Source: Mobula hypostoma (lineage: Eukaryota). Taken from it: a DNA stretch of 64,000 bases. This document shows positions 25,840 to 38,073 of this stretch, one piece after another. Made by a program: the position numbers and the translations under genes. The notes under the pieces were generated by a model that was not told the origin of the DNA, made no database searches, and was given only the letters and a program-made list of their open reading frames with translations. The stretch spans positions 104,100,001 to 104,164,000 of the forward strand of contig NC_086097.1 in assembly GCF_963921235.1 (NCBI RefSeq). The letters run 5' to 3'. Each line of letters begins with the position of its first letter. The stretch's first letter is position 1.

Positions 25840-26962
25840 CTAGTTTGAGAGAAGGGTAGTGCAGTCTGATGTGACCAGAATGAACATTAAATTTTCCTTA
25901 ATGCTATCGGTATCGCTTTGCTTTGGAAATTGAAGAAGAAAATCTCAGTTTATTAAAGAAGAACAACGTGTAGCAAGGCAAATATAGCTCCTCCTCGTTT
26001 AACGAAGGACACTTTTGATGGCATCATTTCTGGTTGATCTGCCACGAATGTGCCTGTCGTTGTCCTTTTATCCGCCATCTCTTCATCTCTTCTGCTGTTC
26101 GTTCTTTGTCTCTGATCCTGGAGACGTGCATTTCTCAGCTCCTTTGTCTCTTCATCTCTCCTCCTTCTCTGCCAGTTGTTGTCATTTTTGAGACGTGCGT
26201 GCCTCTCCTCCTCTGTCTTTTCTTCTCTCATCTTTTTTATCCTGACTCTTTAATCCTTGAGTCGTGCGGCCCTGGCCTCATCCGATTCTTGTTCTTTCCC
26301 TCTCCTTGCTGCTTCCTGATGATGTTTGGCGTCATAATATCCCCCTTCTCTTTCCACGCGGCATAATTAGGCCGACCATATTTTCTTTACCCGAATGCTG
26401 GGATAGTAACACCGCAGCCTCCAGGATGCTGATTATTCCTGATGATGTGGTTGGCGCTCTCCTAAATGGACGTGATGTAGTCAACGCTGTCCTTTGACTG
26501 CAGCGAAGGGTTTGATGGGTGTCTCGAAGTACGTCATTACGATAAGATTTAATTATCTCTTATTGATGGGTTTCAGTTTGATCTGTCCCAATCCTGCACA
26601 TGCTGATGGTGATCAGCAGAAAGTGACCGCTCGAAATAGAGCTGCCCTACCCTTTTGCTCAGGTTGGTGTTGCTGCTGTGAGCATCGTGAGTCGCTTCTG
26701 AGACTGGCCGTGCGCATGCGTCATGGTCTGGTGTCGCGGTTTCCATCATGGCTGACATCGACTCTCGGGTGAAAGTGGGTTTGTTGATTTTGGAGAGTGA
26801 GAAATTTTATACGAATATATAACCCTGAACTTTGCCTGCATTCTGTAAGTTAGCGCATTTTAAGTCGATTTAGCCAAAAATAGTGCCGCTGTAATGCACC
26901 GTTTGTGCTAATTGAGGCCACAAACAGACAAATAGAGCATGACAGTTTTAGTAGTATATAGA
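25840..26962 (-). mobile_element. Non-autonomous Helitron (internal-deletion derivative)
   Basis: Minus strand begins TCTATATACTAC and ends CTAG, inserted between A and T with no duplication in the Tc1 right inverted repeat. Encodes R/E-rich repeats (EEKTEEERHARL, DEETKELRNARL) typical of Helitron Rep/helicase N-termini. Confidence 0.85.
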
Positions 26963-27159
26963 TATGATGATCTGATCATATTTTAGATCATATTTATGCA
27001 GAAATAGAGAAAATTTGACTTTCTCAGACCACTGTATATGTACTTTGATAAATTTACTTAGAACTTTTGAACTTTGGGACAAGGAATGAACAAACAATTT
27101 ATTGCTTAAATGGGGTGAGACTACAGAATGTTGTAGAAAGAAAGAATTGGAACAAAAGG

Positions 27160-27845
27160 CGCAGCATTGAAATGAGGCACCTGTATCTCTATTTCCCACA
27201 CATCTGCCCCCATCTCTTCTACCTCCAACATGATAGGGATATGGTTCTTCTTTATTCTCACCTACTACACAAAAAACCTCCATATTTAACACAACATTCT
27301 CCAGTTTTCGCCATCTCCAGTGGAATCCCACCATCAATCTCATATTCCCCTCTCCCCTCCTCTTTCTCCAGGTATATCTCTCTCTGGACTCGCTTGTTTG
27401 CTTATCCCTCCCCACTGATTCTCCTCCAGGCACATATCCCTGTAATCATGGCTAATAGATGGTTACATCTGCCCCTGCCATCTCTCTCACCACCATGCAG
27501 GCCCAAAACAATCCTACCAGATGAGGTAGCACTTCACATATGAATCCATTGGGCTAAGTTATTGTATCTGATGCTCCCGGTGCAGCCATCTCTACATCGG
27601 TGAGATTCAACTTCATTGAGCACCTTTGCTCTGTCCATCAAAAAAGTGAGGACCTTCTGGAGGTTACCTTTGTAATTCCACTTCCCATTCCTATACTGGC
27701 ATGTGTGTCCATAGCCACCTCTGTTGCCACATTGAAGTCAAGCACAGTCTTGGTAGTCTCCAACCTCATGGCATCAACTCTGATTCTTTTAACTTGCCTT
27801 ATTCACTCCCACACCCCCCCCCCTTTTGCTTTCCCTTATCCCTTT
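27160..27845 (+). mobile_element. Decayed Penelope-like fragment
   Basis: Nucleotide similarity to the late RT and GIY-YIG region of the 54.8-57.4 kb element (tattgtatctgatgctcccggtgcagccatctctacatcggtgaga). Confidence 0.65.
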
Positions 27846-28505
27846 GGCTCTTGGATCAACAAATTCGTGAATGACATGAAGTTTGAGGCTATAATGGACA
27901 GGAAGGAAGACCATCAAAACTTGCAGCAGGATCTGGACCAGCTGGAAATATGGTTTGAAAAATGGCAGATGGAATTTAAAACAGACAAGTGTGAGGCTTT
28001 CACTTTGTGAGTACAAACCAGTATCAGACTTGTACAGTGAATGGTAGGACACTGACAATGCAGTAGAACAGAGGGATCAGGGAATACAGATCCATAATTC
28101 CTTGAAAGTGGCGTCACAGGAAGATGGGGCTTGTAAAGAAAGCTTTTAGTACATTGGCCTTTATAAATTAAAGTATTGAGTGCAGGAGTTCTGCTATTAT
28201 GTTGTTGTATGCGTTGGTGAGGCCAAATTTGAATTATTGTGTGTAGTTCTGGTCACCTACCTACAGGAAAAATATCAATAAGGTTGAAAGAGTACAGAAA
28301 ATCTACCAAGATTTTGCTGGTACTTGAGGGCTTGATTGGTAGGGAAAGGTTGAATAAATTATGACTTTATGTCCTGGAGCTGAGAAGAAAGAGGGAAGAT
28401 TTGCTAGTTTTCTAGTATTTTGTGTGTGTTGCTGAGGGAAGATTTGATAGAGGTCTAAAAAGATTGAGGGATATAGAGAGGATAAATGTGAGCAGGCTAT
28501 TTCCA
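27845..28505 (+). mobile_element. Decayed CR1 RT fragment
   Basis: SWINKFVNDMKF...LQQDLDQLEIWFEKWQMEFKTDKCE. Confidence 0.75.
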
Positions 28506-28524
28506 ATCTTCCCCAATAGAGGAG

Positions 28525-28870
28525 GAAATTTTGATTGGGGGAATCTTCCCTCCCTCTCCCTTCTATTCCTCATTCTGTCCTCTTACCTTTTCTCACCTGC
28601 CTATCATCTCTGCCCCTCCCTTTCTCCTATGTCCACTCTCATATCTGATTCCATTCTTTCCAGCCCTCTTCCTTTGCTACTCACCTGGCTTTACTTATTA
28701 CCTTCTAGCTGTCCTTCCACTCTCTGCCCCCTTTTATTTTAGTGCCCCCCCCTTTACTTTCTAATCCTGAAGAAGGATCTCGGCCTGAACCATCGACTAT
28801 TTATTCATTTCTGTAGATGTTGCCTGAGTTGCTGAGATCCTCCAGCATTTTGTATGTCTTGTCCAGATGT
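28525..28870 (+). mobile_element. Penelope-like terminal repeat with decayed hammerhead
   Basis: Pyrimidine-rich body, then atcCTGAAGA-aggatctcggcct-GAAC-catcgact and gatgttgcctgagttgctgagatcctccagcattttg. Confidence 0.7.
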
Positions 28871-29159
28871 TCAAGGGCTGAGTAAAGAACCAAACATCTG
28901 CTGTTGACCTGTTGTGATGGGAGGCAAATTAGAGTGGATCCATGTTACTCCTCAGGCAGGAGTTGATGTACAAAGCGCTTTATCACAGTGGATGTAATGT
29001 TAACCAGATTAGTGTGAGGGTTTGCATTTTGGTAAGTCAAACAGTGTAGCACTTTGACAGTGAATAGAAGAGTCCTGGGGAGTGTGTGGAACGGATGGAC
29101 TGAGGATTACAAGTACTTAGTTTTATGGAGTGGTGTTAAATTAGACAGAGCGGTAAAGT

Positions 29160-29780
29160 AAGCATTTGCCTCACACAATGTCAGTGGAAAAAGCCTGCTT
29201 ACATTTACCCTATCTATACTCCACATAATTTTGTATACCTCTATCAAATCCCCTCTCAATCTTCTATGCTGCAGGGAATGAAGTCGTAATCTATTCAACC
29301 TTTCCCTACAACTCAGGTGCTTGAGTCCTGGCAACATCCTTGTAAATTTTCTCTGCACTCTTTCAATCTTAATGTCATCTTTCCCGTGTGTAGGTGACAA
29401 TATCTTCACACAATATTTCACATTAGGCCTCACAACTTCAACATAACATCTCAACTTTTGCCCTCAATACTTTGATTTATGAAGGCCAATGTGCCAAATG
29501 TTTCTTTATGACCTTATCAATGAGTGATGCCACTTGCGAGGAATTATGGATCTGTATTCCAAGGTCCCTCTGTATGGCACTATTCAGTGCCCTATGCTCA
29601 CCGTGCAAGTCCCACCTTTCTTGGTCCTCCCAAAGTAGAACTCCTCACTAATGTCTGCATTTATCAGCCCATTTTTCCAGCTGGTCCATATCCCTCTGCA
29701 AACTTTGGTAGTCTTCCTCACTGTCCACTACACCCCCAATCTTAGTGTTTTCCATAAATTTGCTGATCCTATTTTGCACT
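29160..29780 (-). mobile_element. CR1 fragment (antisense)
   Basis: IERVQRKFTRMLPGL...RRLRGDLIEVYKIM; ISKFMENTKIGG. Confidence 0.8.
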
Positions 29781-30254
29781 GAAACATTCATTATTAATAT
29801 GTGGAATGTTACCAGTTCATTTATGATCCTTGAATAGATTGGGCAAAGCTGCATAAAGGAACTCTGGTAAGATATTTAATCATTGAAAGCAGATTCAGAA
29901 TTTTTGCACATGTGGAAAACCTCAAAGTTGCTGACAGTTTTAATAAATAATGTTGTCACATGTGATTACAACTTTGCATCCACCAATACACTGAGTATTA
30001 ACAAAATGTTAAATCTTACAGAATCCATGAAAAACACAACAGTATGTGCTCACTGAATAATTCCTTTAATAAAAACAGCCAGTTCTAAAATCTGCAGACA
30101 AATCATCGCAAACTCTGTTATCAACACCGCATCAGAGACCAGAAAAGGAAATGTGATTGTGTTTGATCGTAAATTATACTTAACATGCCAATGGGGTAGA
30201 GGGTGACAGCCTTTTGTGCGCAGTTTAAATAAGTTTGTATGCTAGTTGCAAAAG

Positions 30255-30745
30255 ATATGTATGTGCGCACACAGTTTAGAGCCGACAGGGATAGCACGAT
30301 AAAGCAACACTGACTCTGATAGATGGGTTATGTGCGTCTACTTGTGTCTCCCCAATCAGATCCTTTACTCCCAGTTGAAGGAAGGTCAGCAAGCCCCCTG
30401 GTGGGCGAAGGAAACACTTCAAAGATAACAGCAAGGTCAGTCTGAAGCAATTCAACATCACATTTAAAAACTGGGAAGACATTGCACTCAATAGATACAC
30501 CTGGAGGAAATCTGTTCAAGAGGGAGCTGTGCTACATGAGAATTACCTCAGCTGTGTGGCAGAGAACAAGCAGCAGCTGCAAAAGGAGAGACTGAAAACC
30601 AGAAGACCCATCCACTGACCACAGCCACCACTTACTCTTGTCCACACTGCACCAGAATATGTAGAGCCACCTGAGGACCTACCAAAAGACAATCCCTTAG
30701 GCGAACTTCATATTCAACTCATGATCGCACTACTGCTACTCCAAT
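30255..30745 (+). mobile_element. RTE (BovB-like) LINE 3' end
   Basis: Manual translation: PNQILYSQLKEG...HFKDNSKVSLKQFNITFKNWEDIALNRYTWRKSVQEG...YSCPHCTRIC, a typical RTE C-terminus. Confidence 0.75.
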
Positions 30746-31299
30746 TGCTGCTGCTGCCACACACTAATGTCAGAGACAATAATCTCGATTCTGATTCTGT
30801 TTCATGCACATCCAAAATGATAATTTCAACTTGTATTGGTCTAGATTTCACTATTTCACGTTGGTCGCTGTTGTCCTTTCTGCTCTAATTACCCTCAGCC
30901 AAAATACACCCCAGCTACTACTTCGTATGTACAGTGTTACTGAAAACTTTTGCTTTAGTGTTTCTATCTGTGGATTCTTGCAGCCTGTAAATTGGCTGTT
31001 GCATTTCCCATATTGAAGCAAAATCAATATTTAAATAAAACCTGAAAATGCTGCATTCAGGTTTGGCAGTTACAGGTCCAATGAAGGATTTCTGCCCTGA
31101 TGTATATTAACTGCTTTCCTTTCAGTTTCTGCCTGAATTGCTGATTGTTTTTATTTCATGTTTCCATTATTTGCATTTGCTTTGACTGGCAATATTTAAA
31201 TAGTGCTTCATTCTGTCAAGTGCTTTGGGACGTTCTGAGGTGGTTTAAAAACATTTGTTTGACATTTGTAATTGTGACTGATGTATTTAATTGATGAGC

Positions 31300-32370
31300 T
31301 CTTTAGAATGCAGATTTTTTTTGAGGAGATTATTGAAGGTAGCTAATGTTAAGTTATGTCGTGTGTGTAATATGTTTCTAGGTCTATACGGATTTTAGCA
31401 AAGCATTCAGTGAGATCTCTCATTAAGACACATGGTATCTTGGTAGACTGGATTCCTAATTAGCTATAGAAAACAAGCTATTGTTGGATGGATGTTAATC
31501 AGGTTTTATGTTTGTGATCATTGGTGTTCCACAGGGATCAGTGTTGGGACCCTTGTGGTATACAGATTGACATGAAAATATAGATTAGTGAGTTTGCAGT
31601 AGACATAAATATTACTGGAGTTGTGGATTTTCAGGAAGGTTGTCAACCGATGTAGCAGGACTAGTTGGAAAGGGGGTGGAGAAATGGCAGGTGGTTTTAA
31701 ACCAGACAAGTGTGAGCATGGCATTTTAGGAAGTCAAATGAAAGAGGAAAGTCAGAACTCTTTGGAGCACTGCTATACAAAGGGATCTTGGGGAACAAGT
31801 CCATAGTTCCCTGAAAGAGGCAACAGAAGTAAATCGGCTGATAAAAAGGCATACAGCATACTTGTCTTCATTAGTTAGAGAAGCTTCAGAGTCATGTTGT
31901 ACAAACTTTGGTTTGGCCATAAAGAGATGGTGTGTTGTTTTTGTTACACCTTACAGGAAAAATGTGGAACTTTGGAGAGGTGCAGAAGAGGTTTACCCGA
32001 ATCTCGCATAGATTGGAGAAAATTAGCTATAAAGAGAGGTCATGTAATTTTGGATTGTTTCCTGTGGGACATTTGAGGTTGGGGGGCAAGTGATGGGAGT
32101 ATTTAATACTGAAAAGAATAGATGGTGTGGATGGTCTGTTTTTCCCCACTGGAAATGTTTAACTAAAAATTAGGGGACATAGCTTTAAGTTGAGATGGGG
32201 AAAGGAAAACTTGTTTTTTTTAAACAGTAGTATATGTCTGGAATGTTGTGTCAGGGAAGTTGTAGAAGCAAATTTCATAGCAGCTTTTAAGAAGCAATTA
32301 GATAGATACAAGAACAGGGATGCATTACATGTGCAGCATAGAGAATTTGTTTGGATTGGAAACGTGTTCA
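31300..32370 (+). mobile_element. Old decayed CR1
   Basis: ggtgttccacagggatcagtgttgggaccc ([10 protein letters not shown]) and degenerate downstream CR1 sequence. Confidence 0.7.
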
Positions 32371-32389
32371 GTACAGATGTCTTTTTTTT

Positions 32390-32670
32390 TGGAGATGCAG
32401 CATGGAACAGGCCCTTCCATTCAAACGAGCTGCACTGCCCAGTAACCCACCATTTTAACCCTAGGTTAATCACAGGATAATTTACAATGACCAATTAACC
32501 TACTAACTGGTATGTCTTTTAATGTGGGAGGAAACTGGAGCTCCTGGAGGAAAATCCACATGGTCACAGGGAGGAATATACAAACTCCTTTCAGACGGTG
32601 TCAAATTTGATCTCCGAACACTGCTCCAAGCTGTAATAGCTTCGTGCTCATTGCTGTGCTACTGTGGTGC
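32390..32670 (-). mobile_element. tRNA-derived V-SINE (HE1-like) with CR1-type tail
   Basis: Minus strand shows a tRNA-like head, the V core ggagtttgtatattcctccctgtgaccatgtggattttcctccaggagctccagtttcctcccaca, the tail gaagggcctgttccatgctgcatctcc and an A run. Confidence 0.75.
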
Positions 32671-32804
32671 AAAAAGGGGCCAGTTCTGTGTTGTAAGAAA
32701 TATTTTCATATACATCTGACGAGACAGCATACCCTTGGCTATTTTTCCCCAGTCTCCTTTTGATAAGATCCACACACTGTCTGAAATCACATATGCCTCT
32801 TTGC

Positions 32805-33985
32805 AAGACCGGAACAGAGATGAGTTTCTGTGGGTGTGATAGAGATATTCAGATGGTGTGTTGTCTCCTTGGTGCCAGGATCAGGGATGTCTTGGATTGG
32901 GTCCACAGCATTCTCAAGGGCGAGGGTGAGCAACCAGAAGTCTTCATACATACTGGCATCAGTGACATAGGAAGGCAAGGTGAGGAGGTCTTGAAGAGAT
33001 TTTAGGAAGCCATGTAGAAAGGTGAAAAACAGGACCTTTAGGATAGTAATCTCTGAATTGTTGCCTGTGCCACGTGCCAGTGAGGGTGATATTAGGATGA
33101 TTTGGCAGATGAATGTGTGGCTGAGGAACTGGTGCAGGGAACAGGGGTTCAGATGTATGAATCCTTGGGATCTCATTTGGGGAAGGTATGACTTGAAGAA
33201 AAGGGACAGGTTACACCTGAACCAAAGAGGGTCCAATATACTTGGGGGCAGGATGGCGAGAGTTGTTCTGGAGAGTTTAACTGATTTGGCAGGGGGATAG
33301 GAACAGGAGTGATGGTGCTGAGGATGAGGTAGGTAGTTGGTTTACAAACAGGCAATGCGTAGTGAGACTCCTGGCAAGGAGAGGCTGTTGATGGGGCAAT
33401 ATTGCAGTTAACAGGATGAGTTGCAGTGTAAAAGGCAAACAAAATCGAAAAGGGTGAATACGGGATGGAAGATGTTATATTTCAATGCATGCGGTATAAG
33501 GAATAAGGTAAATGAACTTGTAGCACAGTTACAGATTGACATGTATGATGTGGGAATCACTCAATCATAGCTGAAAGATTATAGCTGGGAGCTTACTGTC
33601 CAAGAATACATATTATATCAAAAGGACAGGTAGGTAGAGGGGATGGCATGGCTCTGTTGGTTTAAAAATTAAATCAAGTCATTAGGATCAGAAGGCGTTG
33701 AATCATTGTGGATAGAACTGAGGAACTGCAGGGGTTTAAAAAAAATCCCTAATGGGAGCTGGATACAGACCCCCTAACAGTAGTAAGGATGTGGAAGCCA
33801 AGTCTTTATGTATATTTGAGGCAGAAGTTTATAGATTCTTGATTGGTCAGGGCATGAAAGGATGTGGGTGGGGAAGGCAGGAGATCAGGGATGAGAGGTA
33901 AAATGGATCAGCCATAATGAAATGGCAGAGCAGACAAAATGAGCCAAGTGGCCTAATTCTGCTCCTATGACTGAACGACATATGG
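32805..33985 (+). mobile_element. CR1 ORF1 esterase and APE start fused to 3' UTR (internally deleted)
   Basis: MVCCLLGARIRDV...IVISELLPVPRASEG...WLRNWCREQGFR, decayed APE, then a jump near 33795 to the CR1 3' end. Confidence 0.75.
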
Positions 33986-34414
33986 TCCGAAACTAAGATT
34001 TTGGACAGAGAAATGGCAGATGGCTTTAATCGAGACAACTAAGGTATTGCACTTTGGGAAGTCAAATGAAAGAAGAAAGTGTACAGTAAATGGCAAGGCT
34101 GATAAAAGCATTGATTTCTAGTGGGATCTTGGGATGCAGGATCAAAGCTGGCAACACAAGTGGGCATGATTGTAAGGAAGGCAGGTAGCATAGATGGAAC
34201 ACGGTTTGTTCTATGTTCCATTTCTTAATCTGTCATCTGAAATGGGTTTAGTGGGTGTCGGCTGATGCTTTTATAAATGTTTCAAGGAGATTTTATTATT
34301 TTGTGGAAATATTTGTAAACATAAAACTGAAGAAGTTAACAGGCCTAATTGAACTGCACGTGTCTCATTACCATTGTTTCAATTTGACTGCACTCGTTTT
34401 GTCTGGATGTAAGT

Positions 34415-34910
34415 AGAAACATAGAAAACCTACAGCACAATACAGGCCCTTTAGCCCACAAAGCTGTGCCAAACATGTCCCTACCTTAGAACTACCTAGG
34501 CTTTACCCATAGCCCTCTATTTTTCTAAGCTCCATGTAGCCATCCAGGAGTCTCTTAAAAGACCCTATCGTTTCTGCCTCCACCACTGCCACCGGCAGCA
34601 TATTCTACGCGCTCACTACTCTCTGCAGTTTTTTAAAAAAAACTTACCCCTGACATCTCCTCTGTACCTACTTCCAAGCACCTTGAAACTATGCCCTCTC
34701 GTGCTAACCATTTCAGCCCTGGTGAAAAGCCTCTGACTATCCACACAATCAATGCCTCTCATTATCTTATACACTTCTATCAAGTCACCTCTCATCCTCC
34801 ATTGCTCCAAGGAGAAAAGGCCGAGTTCACTACACCTATTCTCATAAGGCATGCTCCCCAATCCAGGCAACATCCTTGTAAATCTCCTCTGCACCCTTTC
34901 TATGGTTTCC
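34415..34910 (-). mobile_element. CR1 3' end (antisense)
   Basis: ORF 34616-34912 IERVQRRFTRMLPGL...; tail gtttctatgtttcta. Confidence 0.85.
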
Positions 34911-35224
34911 ATGTCACCAAGTGAACTAACCTTCCACTCGGGGTTGGGAGATTATTAACTAGCTTTAAACTGGGTGAAAACATTTCAAAAACATAATTTG
35001 CTTTAAACATAAAACACTGAGAAGTAATGAAAAACATCGTTGCTCAGGTTGAAAATGCTTCTTTGCTCAATATTTTGAATTGTGTTACTCACCATTTTTG
35101 AATGCTTGCTATTTTGAGTGTTTTGCACTGTGGTCCCAGAGGAACACTGTCTCATAAAGCTGTATCTATGTATGGTTTGAATGACAATTAAACTGGATTT
35201 GCTTTAAAACAGTTATTCGCTAGT

Positions 35225-35510
35225 CCCAGGGTGATACCCTTGTCCGTGCATAGAATCTCGATTTCCAACAGACAGAGCAAGTCTCACTCTGCTAGATTAC
35301 ACCCCAGACTGGTGGTGACTATAAATGAAACCTCACACTGGGTCCTCTGGAATTTCACCTGCAGTGGCTGGGTACGTGAATACGTACGTTCCGTGCGTTC
35401 GAACCCAGAGTGATTGTAGTGTCTGATGGCCGGTATCCCTTTTCCTATACCATCATAAACGGAATTAGAATTGCAGTATCTTGCAATATTATATTGGGCT
35501 CTTCCTGAGG
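35225..35510 (-). pseudogene. pro: Retroviral aspartic protease remnant
   Basis: GRAQYNIA (cf. DTGAxxS), SGFERTERTYSRTQPLQVKF (flap region) and LGCNLAE*DLLCLLEIEILC (cf. NLLGRDLL). The catalytic Asp is not seen. Confidence 0.55.
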
Positions 35511-35559
35511 GGTGGTACTCACGGTAGGAAGCATCCTTCTTCCTGCTGAACATATTCAC

Positions 35560-37626
35560 CTTTAATGTTAGTTCCCTTTGGGGTTGATCGGGATTCGAAA
35601 GCTGGGTTCCAGTAACGTGTCAAAGCTCGTCACATTCGATTTCGGTCATTGTCAGGCCAATCCATATTATTAGTGTACGGCTTTTTTTTGTATGTTAAAT
35701 TTAAAATGGCTTCTTTGTTATGTTATACTTGGGAATACTTCTTTTGTTATGTTAAATGCTGAGAAAGTCCTTCTCGTTAGCAGTTTGTTGAATCACGTTA
35801 CTTATAAGAAGCTGTTATGAACCAATTGGGATAGTTGTTATGTTTTTGGTGTATTTGAAGATACTGTATGCATGGGGTTTTGGGGGAGAAGGCGAGAGAG
35901 AGAGAGAGAGAGAGACAGAGAATGGACCAGGAGCTGTGAGTCTGCTAACGGGGTGTTCGGTGAGGAGGGGAGACGGAGACGGACTCGTGTGGAGCATCTG
36001 GTCGTCCACCGTTGTTGGTCCCAGGCGGCCGGTTGAGGTGGTCCGAGGGGTCGCAGGGTGAAGGAGAAGGGTCCTGAGCTCCAACTGTTTGTGCACGAAG
36101 AGATTGAACTTTGATAAGTGTGGCGCCTTTTATTTTCCTTTTATATTTTACTCTCTATTAATTATATAGTTCCAGTAATATCTATAAACTGTAAATCATT
36201 TAATCGTATCTGGTGTATTGTCTGTTATTTGGGTCGGGTGGAGTACATCACACAGCATCCACACAAACTAATTACCCAGTTTGCTGGGGCCGGGGCTGAG
36301 GGCTGTTTCCCTCGATGACAGCGAGCCGAGCGACCCTGAGGGTGGCCGGGGGGGGGGGGGGTGCTACATTAGTTTTAATCCTGTTGGTAAGCACTTGAGC
36401 AGCAGGGCATTAAACTGGGGGAATGGATTCCCATTATTAAAGGCTTGGTCTCCTGCGAAAGTGGCGTAGCAGGCCATAAATCGCTCCCAATAGGCTGGTC
36501 CTGATTTCCCAGGCTTAGGTTTGCATTCAAGTACTTTAGTGATATTTACAGGTTGTTGGAGAGCCTTCTTCAAGGCTTGAATAATCCAGTCTGTCTGTTC
36601 ATCCTCATTATGGATTTCCGCCGGTAACTCCTGATAAGTTTGGCATCTTAATTCTGCCTTCCATTTCCAGCCCTCATCAGATGAGAGAATCATGCAGCAA
36701 AGACCAAATAAATCTTGCGGTGTTGCATTATACATTTGTATAGTACTGCGGACATACCAAGCAAACTGTGCTGGTTTTTCTTTTCTATCGGGGGCCTGAT
36801 TCATGATCGTTACCATCTCTTGATGCTTCCAGGGTGCATACAAGAGTTACTGAGGGCTGTCCCTCCTTGGCTGCTCGTGGACTGGGCAGCATTTGGGTAG
36901 GCAGTTGTCTCTGTGGAGCCCTTAACTTTGGGGTTTTATTGGATTCTTCACTCCCTGTCTCAGAATAATCCCTTGTATTCCCTTTCTGGATCTCGGGTTC
37001 AGGGAGCCTTCCTTTCCCTGCTGCTGCTGTTTTACCCGAGCGGCCACCGTATCTGAATACTGGGAGGATTGGGGTTCGGTAGCACTGGGTGCACTCGGCT
37101 TCTGGTAATGTGGGGGATAAGGTGGGTGCCCAATCCTCATCGCGGTCACTGTCCTTAAACAGGGTCGGTATGCCAGATTTGGGATCCCGTATTGGCCCTA
37201 GATCTTTGGGCGCGGCACTGCCAATTTTAAACCTTCCTGTCTGTCCATATCTGCTTTTGCCTGTGTTCCTTGTTTCTCGTTCTCTTTTTCTTCTTCCTTC
37301 TACCCATTAGCACTCCGCCTGTAGTGTCTCCCAACTCTTGGGAGTCCTTTCTGCCGTACATACCTCTATCCCTTTATCACATGCATTATTCCTCCAGCTG
37401 GCCAGTAAGGTACTATTCCATTTAGTATAGGCCCTACCTTTCCATTCTTTAATCAATAATTTCCACTTTTTACCGCAATTCTTTTCCCAAATTAAATTTA
37501 ATACTAGTCTCCCCTGGTGGCCACACTGTTTCCCTAGTTTCTTTGTTAGCGCTGCACTTAACATCCGGAGGTCCTTTTCTTATCTGGTATTCGTTCACAC
37601 ATAGCTGTATCAAGGGCCTGTCCCAT
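35560..37626 (-). pseudogene. gag: Retroviral gag pseudogene (matrix, proline-rich region, capsid)
   Basis: N-terminal MG (myristoylation-type); PPY/PSAP late-domain-like motifs (HPPYPPHYQKPSAPS); capsid YAPW...YNATPQDL...W and a major-homology-like VLECKPKPGKSGPAYWERF. Frameshifted and split by a solo LTR. Confidence 0.72.
35674..36368 (+). mobile_element. Solo LTR (Gypsy-type) inserted in ERV gag
   Basis: TGTA...TACA ends with a perfect 4-bp duplication TTAG (35670-35673 and 36369-36372); internal (GA)n tract. Orientation is tentative. Confidence 0.85.
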
Positions 37627-38073
37627 TATTGCCTTTATCAGTTGTTCTTAATTATCAAGTCAAGTCAAGTATATAGCACATTTAAAAACAATCATGTTGA
37701 CCAAAGTGCTGTATAAAGTAAAGCAAGTAGCCAAAATCACAAATACACAAAACACAGACAAGCCAATGAGACAAGCAGCTTATAGACACAAAATACACAA
37801 CACAAGGGCCTAGGCACAAGCTACTGGGTGAGAAATTTAGCCAGCCTGCCTCCCCCTTAATCACTTTCAACTGGCCATATTATCAGGCGGCAGCTGATAT
37901 GGTCAAATCCATCAGGTAGCGGTGGCCGCCTCTCCTGACCGGGGTCCCCAGTCCCGATTCTTTCCTTAGGAACAATACAGAATACCCAATATCACCCGCA
38001 GCCTTTAATTCTCACAAAAACTGCTAGTCTATTTTCCGTTAATACTTGCAAAAAAAAAGACAACTCTCACATA

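Larger units (their letters stand above)
22441..27034 (-). mobile_element. Tc1 transposon with long inverted repeats, carrying three nested insertions
   Basis: Ends CAGTGGT... and ...ACCACTG followed by TA; roughly 200-bp inverted repeats; transposase motif EWPSQSPDLNPIEVLW (22670-22858). Confidence 0.88.

Noticed and set aside
8375..28870. Selection against active hammerheads in the host-sense orientation
   Set aside because: Sense copies are mutated in the core, but so are most antisense copies; too few copies to conclude anything.
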